From Phaeosaccion multiseriatum (Eukaryota > Protista > Ochrophyta, other classes), in the NCBI GenBank assembly GCA_965112735.1, contig OZ218962.1, positions 558,001-622,000 of the forward strand: a stretch of DNA of 64,000 nt. The letters run 5' to 3'. The notes under the pieces are model-generated. The model was not told the origin of the DNA. It made no database searches and was given only the letters and a program-made list of their open reading frames with translations. This document shows positions 22,581 to 36,900 of this stretch, piece by piece. Numbering within the stretch: position 1 is the stretch's first letter; every line of letters begins with the position of its first letter. Made by a program: the position numbers and the translations under genes.

Positions 22581-24442
22581 TCACTGCGTGTCTAGTTTCT
22601 TGCACCTGGAGTCGTCGTCGGCTCCGTGCATGCCTGCAGCCACTTCCAGCACGTTGTCGGAAGACACTCCCCTCTCCTGCGGCGGTAGGCCCCTCTCCTT
22701 GCCGAAGATCAAGTCGCACGTCCGCATAATGTCCGCCGGGCTTTGCGAGTCGAAGTATCGCTTGTCTGCCATAAGAAGATGGCCACGGACCTCTTGCAGG
22801 AGACCAAGCTCTCGAGCAGCAGTCAGAGCCTTGCCCACAGACGCCCCTGCGCAGAGAAGCTCGTGCATCGCCCCTTCATGATTGTGGTATGCTGCGAAGA
22901 GGAGGGGAGTTCTTCCGCTGTCATCCTTGATATCCACCTCAGCCCCCGCGCCGAGCAGGATGCGCAGGGCATGCCCATGTCCTTCGCTCGCAGCATACTG
23001 CAGAGCAGTAGTCCCCTCCTCGTCATGTCGATCAACGTCAGCCCCTGCCGATACGAGCTCACGCAGAGCCTCAGCGTATCCACGGTGCGCTGCCGCCATG
23101 ACAGCAGTCCTTTCCTCTGCGCCATGTCGATCCACGTCTGCCCCTGCTGAGATGAGCTCACGCAGCACCTCAGCGTGTCCGTTAGCGGCTGCCAATACGA
23201 GAGCAGTACTCCCCTCCGCGGCATGTCGATCCACGTCTGCCCCTGCTGAGATGAGCTCACGTAACATCTCAGTGTGTCCCTGCAGCGCGGCCGCCATGAG
23301 AGGTGTTGCTCCCGTAGCACTCACAGGATCCACTTCGGCACCAGCTGCAAGTAGCCGCCTCGCTATCCCTGTATGCCCTTCAATGCTGGCCTCAGAAAGT
23401 GGCGAAGTGCCGTCGTTGCTCAGTTGGTTCACATCTGCGTTGCTGGCAAGAAGCAACTTCGCCACCTCCTCATGACCGTACTTCGACGCCAATATCAGTG
23501 GTGTACTTCCGTCGGTGGTGGCCTGGTTCACATTGGCATTGGCCGCGAGGAGCAGTTCCACCATCTCCTCATGACCGTCCAGTGACGCCATTACCAGTGG
23601 TGTACTTCCGTCGTTGGCGGCCTTGTTCACATTCGCATTGGCCGCAAGGAGCAGCCTCACAACCCCCTCATAATTGCCCCATGAAGCTAAGTTCAGAGGT
23701 GTAGCTCCGTTGTTGTTGACTCGATTCACATCGGCGCCCCCCGCGATCAAAGCTCTGACGACTTCTGTGTGCCCATAGGTCGAAGCTGCACACAAGGCGT
23801 CCCTTTGTCAATTGGTTGATCCAAATCCGCACCGGCCTCAATCAGTATCTGCACGACGTTCAGATGGCCACGTATGCAAGCCCCTATCAATGGTGTGCAA
23901 TCGTCAGAAGTCATCGCTTCGTGGTTTGGAGATGCCCCTTCCCCCAATAGAAGCCCCACAATGTCTGCTCTACCCCCCAACGCCGCTACAGTCATTAGGT
24001 TGTACCCGTCCGCACAAATCGCGGCATCAAGGCAAGCCTTCCTTCCCCCCTCTTCAGCGACAAGGGCGCTGATGGCTCGCTTGACATTCTTGATGCTTTC
24101 CCCCCCAGTGATGGCCCTGTAGAGGCGCGTGGCCTTGTGTCGGCCGAGGAAGGAGAGAGCGAGGGAAGGAAAAAAGACCGTAAAACCAGAGGGGCGGTGA
24201 GTCACTGCTCTCGGGAGGCGACCCGCTTAAGGGCGAGCTCTTTGCAAGCCAATGGGATGGAGTGGAGAAGAAGTGGCAGTTGGATGATAACGCGCATTGC
24301 CAAAGTCGAATGCACTCCGGTTCAACAAACAGTGCGGCGATACCAAGCGCTTCCAATAGTAGCTGCCTCTGCTCCGCCCTCCCTTCTATAAACGTACCTC
24401 TCCGCTCACTCGAGGGCGGGGTCCTCCGCTGCTCTGGGCCAT
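22581..24442 (-). pseudogene. Ankyrin-repeat gene copy 1 (1-nt frameshift)
   Basis: Exon 1 24442-24398 (MAQSSGGPRPRVSGE|GTACGT), exon 2 24133-22581. ACG-CC-TTG at ~23798 versus ACG GCC ATG in copy 2 is a 1-nt deletion, either a mutation or a sequencing error. Confidence 0.8.
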
Positions 24443-25781
24443 GCTGGCGCGCCGAGAGACAAAAGAAAGCTTGTAGCAGGGGCTAGCAGCAGAAGGCCCT
24501 CAGGGACGGTATTCACGCTGCACCGCCACCATCGCGCTTGCTACTGAAACAACTCCACCTTCTCTCCCCTGGCAGCTATATGATATTACACTGGTAGCTA
24601 TTCGTCCTTTCACCCTTGCAGCTAGAGATTCCCCGGGGGGGGGGGGCTGGTGCCAACAAACTTGTACTCACACTCCGATCTGCAGGGCGCCCTTGTGGCT
24701 CACAGCACCCTCAACAACACGGAGTACGGAGCGCTTGTAGCCTCAATGCAGAGCGCAACCCACACTCTCATGATAATGACACGCTGCTTTTCTGTGTTAT
24801 CCATTGTACCCGTGCGAGAGAGCAACGTCACGTTCCTAACTAATTACCTTTTATGTGTGTGTGCGCGTGCGCCTCAAAGCAGTCGAGCTGCACCCCCCTT
24901 CTTTGGATCCACCCCCCCAGAGCGCGGCAGTTTCATATGCCAAGAAATGTATACTCAAACTCCGGCCTTGTCTCTCTTGTGGATGACAGCCCTCGGGTGG
25001 AGGATGCAGGCTACGAAGGCACACAGAGTCGAGAAAGAGGGTGGATGAGTTGCCAAGGGAGTTGGTTCCTTCTTTCATAGCGGACGCGCTGCGAGTATGG
25101 GGGTGGGGGCTAAATTGCCAGCAAAGTACCCTGACAGTGAGTACATTTATCGTCCCCGATGCCTGGGCAGAGCTCACGCGGGGCCAACTTTCCGCACCCT
25201 CTGCTACCCTCTAACACCATGCATACCGAACATTCCTCTCCCTCTCCCTGCTTCATGTACTACCCACGGCCGCTTTCTCTTGCTGGGAGTGCGGCTGCAT
25301 CCCGCCCTGCCGTTGCCTGCACATCTAAGCCACTCCCTCATCAAACGGGTTGGCTTCTTTCTCCCTTTCCCGTGTACCCCACACCATGCTATCCTCCGTA
25401 CCCTTTGGCTACACCAATTACCACACCAGCTGCAGGGAAGAGAGCCGCTGCCCCCCCCGTCGGCTGCGGTGAGTTCGAAGGCGTTCGATGCACTTGCCCC
25501 TCCTTGCCCTGCGGTGCACTGTCTTTAACCACACAGTGCCATCCCACCTTCCCCCGTCGTACCGTGCTGCTATCCATCACTGGCCTCGTTCTCATTCCGC
25601 CACCCTCTCCACACTTCCATCTGTCTGTGTCGCTGCCCGCCTGTCCGTGGCTGGTGCTCCAACTAATCTATTGCATCCGACGCTTACAGCCACAGTCCCA
25701 CTGGCGAGTGTGCACTCCAACCCCCCCCCCCCCCACATCCCCCTCCTCGCTCGCTTCGAGGCCGTGACCTCTCTCCCCTTT

Positions 25782-27248
25782 TCACTGCGTGTCTTGCTTC
25801 GCCCACCTGGAAGCGTCGTCGGCTCCGCGCATGCCTGCGGCCCCTTCCAGCATGGTCTCGGAAGACACACCCCTCTCTTGCGGCGGTAGGCCCCTCTCCT
25901 TGCCGAAGGTCAAGTCGCACGTCCGCATAATGTCCGCAGGGCTTTGGGAGTCGAAGTACCGCTTGTCTGCCATCAGAAGACGATCACGGACCTCTTGCAG
26001 GACACCGAACTCTCGAGCACCAGTCAGAGCCTTGCCCACAGACGCCCCTGCGCAGAGAAGCTCGTGCATCGCCCCTCCACGATTGCGGTGTGCTGCGAAG
26101 AGGAGGGGAGTTCTTCCGATGTCATCCTCGATATCCACCTCAGCCCCGGCCTTGAGCAGGATGTGCAGGGCGTGCCCATGTCCTTCGATCGCAGCATAGT
26201 GCAGAGCAGTTCTCCCCTCCGCGTCATGTCGATCCACGTCAGCCCCTGCCGACACGAGCTCACGCAGCACCTCAGCGTGTCCATATTGCGCTGCCCACAT
26301 GAGAGCAGTAGTCCCCCCATCATTGGCTGCATCCACCTCAGCCCCGGCCGTGAGCAGGATGTGCAGGGCATGCCCTTGTCCGCCTTCAGCAGCGTAGCGC
26401 AGAGCAGTAACCCCCTTCGCGTCATGTCGATCAACGTCTGCCCCTGCCGATATGAGCTCACGTAGTACCCCACCGTGCCCCAGCCCCGCGGCCGCGATGA
26501 GAGGTGTCGTTCCGTTGTTCGTGGGTCGATTCACATCGGCGCCCCCCGCGATCAAGGCTCTGACGACTTCTGTGTGCCCATCGACTGAAGCTCCAGCCAT
26601 GGCCGTCCCTTTATCAATTGGTTGATCCAAATCCGCACCGGCCTCAATCAGTATCTGCACGACGTTCAGATGGCCATGCATGCAAGCCCCTATCAATGGT
26701 GTGCAATCGTCAGAAGTCATCGCTTCGTGGTTTGGAGATGCCCCTTCCCCCAATAGAAGCCCCACAATGTCTGCTCTACCCCCCAACGCCGCTACAGTCA
26801 TTGGGTTGTACCCGTCAGCACCAATCGCGGCATCAAGGCAAGCCTTCCTTCCCCCCTCTTTAGCGACGAGGGCGCTGATGGCTCGCTTGACATTCTTGAT
26901 GCTTTCCCCCCCAGTGATGGCCCTGTAGAGGCGCGTGGCCTTGTATCGGCCGAGGAAGGAGAGAGCGAGGGAAGGTAAAAAGACCGTAAAACCAGAGGGG
27001 TGGTGAGTCACTGCTCTCGGGAGGCGACCCGCTTAAGGGCGAGCCCTTTGCCAGCCAAAGGGATGGAGTGGAGAAGAAGCGGCAGAGGGATGATAACGCG
27101 CATTGCCAACGTCGAATGCACTCCGGCTCAACAAACAGTGCGGCGATACCAAGCGCTTCCAATAGTAGCTGCCCGCTCTCCGTCCTCCCTTCTATAAACG
27201 TACCTCTCCGCTCACTCGAGGGGGGGGTCCTGCGCTGCTCTGGGCCAT
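25782..27248 (-). CDS. Ankyrin-repeat protein copy 2 (intact, ~400 aa)
   Basis: Exon 1 27248-27204 (MAQSSAGPPPRVSGE), phase-0 intron, exon 2 26939-25782 (386 codons) with TPL/TAL..AA..GH..V...L...GADV repeats. Confidence 0.88.
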
Positions 27249-28389
27249 GCTGGCGCGGCGAGAGACGAAAGAAAGCCTGTAGCAGGGCTAGCAGCAGGAG
27301 GCCCTCAGGGTCGGTATTCACGCTGCACCATCGCGCTTGCTACTCTCTTTTCTTCTCTCTCCTTGCAGCTAGAGATTTCCCGAGGGGGGGGGGGGGTGCC
27401 AACAAACTTGTACTCACACTCCGATCTGTAGGGCGCCCTGGTGGCTCACAGCACCCTCAACAACACGGAGTACGGAGCGCTTGTAGCCTCAATGCAGAGC
27501 GCAACCCGCACTCTCATGATAATGACACTCTGCTTTTCTGTATTATCAATGCGCGAGAGCAACGTCACGTCCCTAACCTCACTACCTTACGTGTGTGTGC
27601 GCGTGCGCCTCAAAGCAGTCGAGCTTCACCCCCCGTCTTTGGATCCGCCCCCCTCAACTACACTCATCTTACTCCGAGCTCATAAGCTCCAATATACACC
27701 TCCCCCCCTCTCCCTCCTCCCTCCTCCCTCCTTCCCCAGGAGGATGCCTCACGGCGCTCCACTGCTAGACTCCGTTCCGATGGCACCGTGCCATAAAAAG
27801 AGCACCGCCTTCTTCTCACCGCTCGAGACGCTGGGTGCTCTCCCACCACCACGCTCACGCCCCTCAATCCGCTTGCACATGATGGTTCGTCCTCGCTACC
27901 CGTGCTTCTTCCCTCGCATCTCTCTCAGACACAGCCCTCTGCTTCAGCGCATTTCCTCACCCACGCCTTTCCACGTCTCGCTCTCCATGCCTCCGGGCCT
28001 CTCCAGCAGTGGCACCCCACTATAGAGCTCCCCCCCCCCCCCTATTGATACTCTTCCTCCCCCTCCTCCTCCTGCAAAGCTGCTGCCGCCCATCCCAAGC
28101 GAAAACTCGTTCCCTGTCCCTGCACCTGCCGCCGCTATACCGCTCTTCATGGCCTGATATGACGCATCCTGCTCGTGCTGCTGGTGCTCGTGTTGTTGTT
28201 GGTGTAGTTGCTGCTGTTCTTGTTGGTGTAGTCGTTGCTGATACTGCTGCTGCCTCCCTTGCTACTGCTGCTGCTGCTGCTGCATCCGTGGCTGCGGCAT
28301 GCCCCCATACCCTCCTGCCACCGGAAGTAGCCCTCCCCCCCCACACCCCCCTCCTCGCTCTCTTCGAGTCCATGATTGCTCTCCCCTTT

Positions 28390-30071
28390 TCAATGCGTGT
28401 CTTGCTTCGCCCACCTGGAATCGTCGTCGGCTCCGCGCATGCCTGCAGCCACTTCCAGCACGTTGTCGGAAGACACACCCCTCTCCTGCGGCGGTAGGCC
28501 CCTCTCCTTGCCGAAGGTCGAGTCGCACGTCCGCATTATATCCGCAGGGCTTTGGGAGTCAAAGCACCGCTTGTCTGCCATCAGAAGACGATCACGGACC
28601 TCTGGCAGGACACCAAGCTCTCGAGCAGCAGTCAGAGCCTTGCCCACAGACGCCCCTGTGCAGAGAAGGTCGTGCATCGCCCCTCCATGGTTTTCGTATG
28701 CTGCTACAAGGAGGGGAGTTCTTCCGATGGCATCCTTGATGTCCACCTCAGCCCCGGCGCCGAGCAGGATGTGCAGGACATGCCCATGTCCGGCTTCAGC
28801 AGCGTAGTGCAGAGCAGTACTGCCGTTGTTGTTATGTCGATCAACGTCTGCCCCTGCGGATACGAGCGCACGCAGCACCTCACCGTACCCACTATCCGCT
28901 GCCACCATGAGAGCAGTATCCCCCTCCACCTCATGTCGATCCACGTCTGCCCCTGCCGATAGGAGCTCACGCAGCACCTCAGCGTGTCCGTTACTCGCTG
29001 CCACTATGAGAGCAGTATTCCCCTTTGGGTCATGTCGATCCACGTCTGCCCCTGCTGAGATGAGCTCACGTATTACTCCACCGTGTCCCTGCCCCGCGGC
29101 CACCATGGGAGGTGTCATTCCGTGATCATCAGCTGCATACACCTCGGCACCAGCTGCGAGTAGCCGCCTCGCTATCTCTGCACGCCCAAGGTTGCTGGCC
29201 ACAAGAAGTGGCGAAGTTCCGTCGTTGCTCAGATGATTCACATCTGCGTTGCTGGCAAGAAGCAACTCCACCACCTCCTCTTGACCACTTGACGCCAATA
29301 GCAGTGGTGTACCTCCGTCGTTGGTGGCTCGATTCACATTGGCGCCCCCCGCGATTAAAGTTCTGACGACTTCTGTGTGCCCACAGAGTGAAGCTACACC
29401 CAAGGCCGTCCACTTGTCAACTGCTTGATCTAAATCAGCACCGGCCTCCATCAGTATCTGCACGACTTTCAGATGGCCTCCATCAGTATCTGCACGACTT
29501 TCAGATGGCCACGTTTGCAAGCCCCTATCAATGGCGTTAAAACAGCAGAAGTCATCGCTTTGTGGTTTGGAGATGCCCCTTCCCCCAACAGAAGCTCCAC
29601 AACGTCTGCTCTACCCTCCATCGCCGCTACAGTCATTGGGGTGTGCCCGTCAGCACAAATCGCGGCGTCGAGGCAAGCCTTCCTTCCCCCCTCTTTGGCG
29701 ACAAGGGCGCTGATGGCTCGCTTGACGTCCTTGATAGTCTTCCTCCCGCTGATGGCGTCGCTGAGGCGCGTGGCCTTGTGTCGCCCGAGGGAGGAGAGAG
29801 CGAGGGAGGGCGAAAAGGGCGGAAAACAAGAGGGGTGGTGAGTCACTGCTCTTGGGAGGCGACGCGCTTGTAGCAGAGACCGTTGCCCTCCCGCGAAGAT
29901 CAAGGGGAGACGAAGGGAGGTCGGCAGAGTGAGAAGTTCGGACGCAAGTCACGGCGATGGGAAGGGGGGGGTGAGAAATATAACATTTCCACCGAGGCAA
30001 GGCAACAGCGTCGGACCAATTCGGCCCCGTCGGCGGCGGCTTACCTCTCTGCTGAAGGTTGGGCTCTGCAT
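28390..30071 (-). pseudogene. Ankyrin-repeat gene copy 3, frameshifted by a 32-bp tandem duplication
   Basis: Exon 1 30071-30045 (MQSPTFSRE|GTAAG), exon 2 29774-28390. GGCCTCCATCAGTATCTGCACGACTTTCAGAT is repeated at 29443 and 29475. Confidence 0.85.
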
Positions 30072-31488
30072 GATGGAGGCACCAGCCGCCCCGAGGCCGG
30101 GCGGGGGATGATCCACGAGCCGCCCTGTGGGGGGATAAGTGTAAAAAAGAGGAACGCTCTCCGCGCTATAGAGAGCAGCAGGGAAAGAGGCAGCCGTTGT
30201 CCCGTATCTCGTCTTGAGGCAGGTTTATTGAGAAAATGAAAGTGTGTCTGTCTATCCCAGCCGGCGTACCATCTGCTATCCGCCAGCGTCAGCCGGCTTT
30301 GATTTGTTGCGAGTGCAGTAGTTGGTGTCGATAGCACGTCAGGGGTCGACACTACGGCATGTTACTGGATACGAGATCACCCAGCACCTCAGCGTAGCAG
30401 GGCTAGCAGTAGGAAGTCCTCAGAGACGGCTAAACACAAGGGGAAGGAGAGAAGGGGATCGGTTAACACTAAACTTATACTCACACTCCGATCTGTGGCG
30501 TCGTCGTGGCTCCAGCATCCTCAACAACACGGATTAAGATTAATTATACGGAGCGCTTGTAGCCTCAATGCAGAGCGCAACCCACACTCTCATGATAATG
30601 ACGCTCTGCTTTTCTTTTTTTTTCCATTTTTGCCCCCCTCCTCGAGTCCCTAACCTTACTACCTTTTACGTGTGCGTGCGCGTGCGCCTCAGAACAATCG
30701 AGCTGCACCCCCCTCCTTTGGATCCGCTCCGCCCTACTTCTCTCATCTTACTCCGAGCTAATAAGCTCCAATATACACCTCCCCCCCTCTCCCTCCTCCC
30801 TCCTCCCTCCTCCCTCCTCCCTCCTGGAGGATGCCTCACGGCCCTCCACTGCTAGACTCCGTTCCGAGCGGCCCGCGCCCTAAATGGAGCACCGCCTTCT
30901 TCTCACAGCTCGTGACGCTGGCTGCTCTCCCATCACGACGCTCACGCCCCTCAATCCGCTTGCTCATGACGTTTCGTCCTCGCTACCCGTGCTTCTGCCC
31001 TCGCACCTCTCAGACACAGCCCTCTGCTTCAGCGCATTTCCTCACCCACGCCCTCCCACGTCTCGCTCTCCATGCCTCCGGGCCTCTCCAGCGGTGGCAC
31101 CCCACTGTAGAGGTTCCCTCCCCCCCCCCCCTATTGATGCTCTTCCTCCCCCTCCTCCCCTGTAAAGCTGCTACCGCCGATCCCAAGCGAAAACTCGCTC
31201 CCTGTCCCTGCCCCTGTCGCCGCATACCGCTCTTCATGGCCTGATATGACGCATCCTGCCCCTGCCCATGTTGTTCGTGCTGCTGGTGCTCGTGTTGATG
31301 TAGTTGCTGCTGTTGTTGTTGGTGTAGTCGTTGCTGATGCTGCTGCTGCCTCCCTTGCTACTGGCTGCTGATGCTGCTGCATCCCTGGCTGGGGCACCCC
31401 CCCATACCCTCCTGCCACCGGAAGTAACCCTCCCCCCCCACACCCCCCTCCTCACTCGCTTCGAGGCCGTGTGATCTCTCTCCCCTTT

Positions 31489-33037
31489 TCAACGCGTGTC
31501 TTGCTTCGCCCACCTGGAATCGTCGTCGGCTCCACGCATGCCTGCAGCCACTTCCAGCACGTTGTCGGAAGACACGCCCCTCTCCTGCGGCGGTAGGCCC
31601 CTCTCCTTGCCGAAGGTCACGTCGCACGTCCGCATCATATCCGCAGGGCTTTGGGAGTCGAAGTATCGCTTGTCTGCCATCAGAAGACGATCACGGACCT
31701 CTTGCAGGACACCAAGCTCTCGAGCAGCAGTCAGAGCCTTGCCCACAGACGCCCCTGCGCAGAGAAGCGCGTGCATCGCCCCTCTACGATTGTGGTATGC
31801 TGCGAAGAGGAGTGGTGTTCTTCCACTGCCATCCTCGCTATCCACCGCAGCCCCGGCCTCTAGCAGGATGTGCAGGAGATGCCCATGTCCGGCCCTAGCA
31901 GCGCAGTGCAGAGCAGTAAGGCCGTGGTTGTCATGTCGATCCACGTCTGCCTCTGCTGAGATGAGCTCACGCAGCAACTCAGCGTGTACACCATTCGCTG
32001 CCCCCATGAGAGCAGTAACCCCCTTCACGTCATGTCGATCCACGTCTGCCCCTGCTGAGATGAGCTCACGTAATACCTCACCGTGTCCCTCCCGCGCGGC
32101 CGCCATGAGAGGTGTCCTTCCGTCATCATCAGCTGCATCCACCTCGGCACCTGCTGCGAGTAGCCGCCTCGCTATCTCTGCATGACCTATACCGCTAGCC
32201 ACAAGAAGTGGCGAAGTTCTGACGCTGGTCAGGGGGTTTACATCTGCGTTGCTGGCAAGAAGCAACTTCACCACCTCCTCTTGACCATTTGACGCCGCGA
32301 ACAGAGGTGTAGCTCCGTCGTTGGTGGCCTTGTTCACATTCGCATTGGTCGCGAGCAGCAGTCTCACCACCTCCTCATGACCGTTCAGTGACGCCGCAAA
32401 CAGAGGTGTTATTCCCTCGTTGGTACAGGTGGCTCGGTTCACATTGGCGCCCCCCGCGATTAAAGCTCTGACGACTTCTGTGTGCCCATTGTAACTACCC
32501 ACACTCAAGGCCGGCCCATTTGCAACTGCCCCTTCCCCCAATAGAAGCTCCACAACGTCTGCTCTACCCCCCAACGCCGCTACAGTCATTGGGGTGTGCC
32601 CGTCAGCACAAATCGCGGCCTCGAGGCAAGCCTTCCTTCCCCCTTCTTGGGCGACAAGGGCGCTGATGGCTCGCTTGACGTCCTTGATAGTCTTCCTCCC
32701 GAGGATGGCATCGTTGAGGAGCGTGGCCTTGTGTCGGCCGAGGGGGGAGAGAGCGAGGGGGGGCGAAAAAGGCGGAAAACAAGAGGGGTGGTGAGTGTTC
32801 TTGGGAGGCGACCCGCTTGCAGCAGAGACCTTCGCCCTCCCGCGAAGATCAAGGGGAGACGAAGGGAGGATGGTAGAGTGAGAAGTTCAAAAGCAAGTCA
32901 TGGCGAGCGATGGGAAGGGGGGAGAACATTCACCGAGGGAAGGCAACGGCGTTCAGCGTCGGACCAATTCGGCCCCGGAACAGAAGGCATGGCCATACAA
33001 AGGGGCTTACCTCTCTGCTGAAGGTTGGGCTCTGCAT
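31489..33037 (-). CDS. Ankyrin-repeat protein copy 4 (open frame; in-frame deletion of about one N-terminal repeat)
   Basis: Exon 1 33037-33011 (MQSPTFSRE), exon 2 32727-31489 (413 codons, no stops). The transposon sits ~390 bp upstream of the ATG. Confidence 0.85.
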
Positions 33038-33613
33038 GATGGAGGCACCAGCCGCCCCGAGGCCGGGCGGGGGATGATCCACGAGCCGCCCTGTGGGGGG
33101 AGACGCGTAAAAAAGAGGAACGCTCTCCGCGCTATAGAGAGCAGCAGGGAAAGAGGCAGCCGTTGTCCCGTATCTCGTCTTGAGGCAGGTTTATTGAGAA
33201 AATGAATGTGTGTCTGTCTATCCCAGCCGGCGTACCATCTGCTATCCGCCAGCGTCAGCCGGCTTTGATTTGTTGCCAGTGCAGTAGTTGGTGTCGATAG
33301 CACGTCAGGGGTCGACACTACGGCATGTTACTGGATACGAGGTCACCCAGCACCTCAGCGTAGCAGGGCTAGCAGTAGGAAGTCCTCAGAGACGGCTAAA
33401 CACAAGCGGAAGGAGAGAAGGGGATCGGGGCGCACTTTTATACCGTCGACCGCCGGCCCAAAAAAGCAAAAAAGGAGAAAAAAAAGAAATTAGAAATTTT
33501 CCCCGCCTGCGGCGCCACCCCTCTCCCCTCTCCTTCTCCCCCCCCACAGTAGAGGCAAGTGAAGAAGACCAATGTGTTGTATTTACATCACTATGTACAC
33601 AGAAAGGTATGAG

Positions 33614-33900
33614 TCACCCTGAAGGGCCCTGCTTAGCCTGCTGTAACCTTTCCCTTTCCCTTTGCCGCGCTGCCCTTTTCTGGAGCTTTGCCCTCTCCCT
33701 CCCCTCCGCGCCTGCCTCTGTTCTTCTCCTTTTCTCGGCCTCCCTCTTCTTCCGTAGCTTTGTCTCGCGGGTTCTCTCACCTCCCCCGAGAGCGACACCA
33801 CCCTCTGCAGTAGCAGAGTCTGCAGGTGCTACAGCTGCTCCTGCCCCCGATCCTCCCGCTGCAGGCCACAGTGCTGCGGCTGCTGGTGCCGGCGGTGGTC

Positions 33901-33947
<47 letters not shown>

Positions 33948-36900
33948 CCTTCCCCTCCTCGTCCTCCTGCTTCCACCCCTCCTCCTCCAGCAGCAGCAGC
34001 TCCTCCTCCTCCTCCTCCTCCTCCTCCTCCTCCTCCTCCTCCTCCTCCTCCTCCTCCTCCTCCTCCGCCTCCTCCGCCTCCTCCTCCTCCGCCTCCAGCA
34101 GCGGCAGACTCCATCCCGGAAAGCGGGAGGGGGGTGTAGCCCATGCTGCCACTCGCTGCTGTACCCTCCGCAGTAGCTCCGCCAACATACTCCTCGCTAA
34201 AGTGGTCTCCACCCTCCTCCCCCGCAACTGGAGCCACAGCTGAAGCAGGGTTCTCTGCTCGCTCTTGCCCCTCGATGGCGTCGTGGTCCTCTTGTGGTGC
34301 CGCGAGAGTCTGTGCCCTGGGCAAAAACTGCCGCACCCACGCCTTGTCCACAGGTCCCGCAGCGGCTGCAGATGGTCCCACTTCCCTCCGAAGGGGCCGC
34401 TGAACAGCCTCGAAGAAGTGGCTGCTCCTGAGCTCGTTGTAGGCGAGTTCTGAGGGGAAGACAGACTGTAAGTAAGCTTCTGCAGTGGATGGCATAAGAA
34501 ACACTCCCATACGAGCGGCAAGGGCGGCCAAAGAGCCGCCCACATCTGCCTTGAAGCGACCCCCCACTTCGGAAATCGATGCGCGCATCAAGGTCGCCAA
34601 TTCCTCTTTCGTAAGCTTCTGAGTTCCTCGAAGCCGCCCCCCATGTCTCCCAAGGCGAGCTGCCAGAAACTCACCTCCCCTGGATGTGCCCGCCGCCACC
34701 TCCTGCACTTGACCAGCAGCACTTCCCGTCGTGACAAAAGACTCCACCCCAGGCGAGATCGGCAGCTGCGCCGGTGATGAAGGGGTGGTAGTCGCTACTG
34801 CGACCTCTGAGCTCTCCAACTCGCATGCCTCCCTTTGCGCCTCCCACGCGTAGTGCATGCCTTGTTGAAGCACAAGGGGTGCAGAACGATCAAGTACTGT
34901 GTACCCCTCCTGCATCCCCTTTGGAGCTTGGGGTCCCAGGCGGCCAAGCGAGGCGGCCACTTGCTCAAGCAGCTCGAGGTCGTAGTGGAAGACATCAGAG
35001 GGGAATCTGTCGAGCTTGCGGAGAGCATTCCCGCAGTAGCGAAAGTCAAACTCGTTGACTATGGCGTCCACCAACTCCGCGCTTGCGCTCTTCGACAGAG
35101 CAGACAGCACAAGCCTCAAGTGAAGGTGGTACCCCTCCAGAGCAGAGCTCTGGCGCAAGCAGCGGAAAATCATCAGGCCAGTCTTCGTCGTCCGTAGGTA
35201 CACATACATGTCCACTCCCGGCCTGTCTGAAAGCCTCCCGGCCATGATGTGGCTCATGGCAGTCTTGAAAATGGCGGCGTGCTTACTGTTGAAGAAGGGC
35301 AGGCCAGTTGAGGGCTCCTTCACGTCTTTGAAGAACGTGTAGACCATGGTCAGCCGTTGCGCCAAGACCTATGTGCATTACAAAGAAGGCGGAAGAACGA
35401 GGCCAAATTGAGTCAAGGTAGCCTCACTCAACTGGACGTGTAAGTGAGCAGGTCCAGCACTCCAACAAGCACTGCGAGTCGACCCGCGCTACATACCTTG
35501 GGAGAGGGGATGGTATAGCGGCAGTGCTTCCTCAAGAACTTTCTCCGAATGCGCTTGATCTGTGCCTCAGTGAGCCCTCGTCTGAGCAGGTGCTTCTCTA
35601 TCCTCTCCATTTCACCGGCCATCATGACAAACACCGCATCGCTCAAGGCAATAGCGAAGAATCGGTACACGCGCGAGTCCTTGGAGTGGGCCATGAGAAA
35701 AAATCTGCCAACCAAGGAGGCGGCAAAACGAATCAGATCAATAGAGAGCAAGTCAGTGAGCTGTGTGCTGCTGTTTTTATTTCCCTCCGCCCCCCTTCAG
35801 TGCCATCTCGCTGCTCACCTTGCCATCCAGTGATAGATGTCGTACTTTACTCGCACGTCCTTCCAGGCGTCCCCTGCCCCCTCACCGCCACTGCCCTCGT
35901 TCTCTTTCTCAGAAGCAGCGTCAGCGTGCTGGGCAGGGCAGCGGTAACCCTTCCTCTTACTGATCAGTATCGACGCCTCCCCACCGCTTCCCACCTTTCT
36001 TGTGCGTGAGCCCCAGCCCCTCAGCTGTCTTGTACACAGTCGCTCGCGCCGTCTTCGTGAGACCCATTGGCAGAAGCAGGGGCTCTTCCCATTCAGGAGT
36101 TCTTGCAAACTTGTCGACAAAGACCAACGTTACGTCAGAGTAAGAATCACTCATCGGCTCCTCGGTCGCTCCCTCGCCTTCTTGCTCCAAAATGTCGGCA
36201 TGCCCCCCCTCCCCGCCCCCCCCCCTCCTGAGCGGCTCGCCCCCCCCCCCTCGCTCTTCTCCTTCTTCCTCCTCGTCGTTGTCTTCCCCCTCGTCCGGGT
36301 CTTCGCACACACGCCGGGCCTCAGCAGCTTGTTCCCGAGTCTGCTCCGTATCCCCCCATTCATCTCCAACCGCACCTTCTCCCCCCTCTGCTCTCGCGTC
36401 GCTTATCTCTTTCTGTGCTCCACCTCCTTGGCGCTCTCCAGCTTCGATCTGCTCCGCGGAATCATCGTGCTGTCCCTCCGCAGGCACTTTCTCTCCACTC
36501 GCTGCTGTACACCCTTGCTTCGTCCAGATCGTGTGCTGCAGTAGCCAGCTTGCATAGGCGTCATTCGCGGCGTAACAAGCCTGATCCTTGAGAAGTGGCC
36601 AGCGGCGCCAGTCAGACAACGCACCATTCCCAAGCCTGGACACATGACCGCGAGTCTCTCCCCCAATGCTCTTGTCCAGACGCTTCTTCGTAACTAGAGC
36701 AACCATGTCATCGAGTTTGTGGCTCCCCTGCCCCTGCTTGAGCTGGAGAGAGCTGCGCGCTTCGACAACTATGTCAAGGGCGCCTTTTACATCCACATCA
36801 AACTCCTTCTTCAAGACCGTAACATCCCCCTTGACGTTTGCAGCACCCTTCAGCAAAGACAAGGGCAAGGAGTAAGGGGAAAGAAGCAAATGGGGTTGAT

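Noticed and set aside
22882-32185. Long plus-strand ORFs antisense to the ankyrin genes (STSAPA repeats)
   Set aside because: Shadow ORFs of GC-rich repetitive coding sequence.
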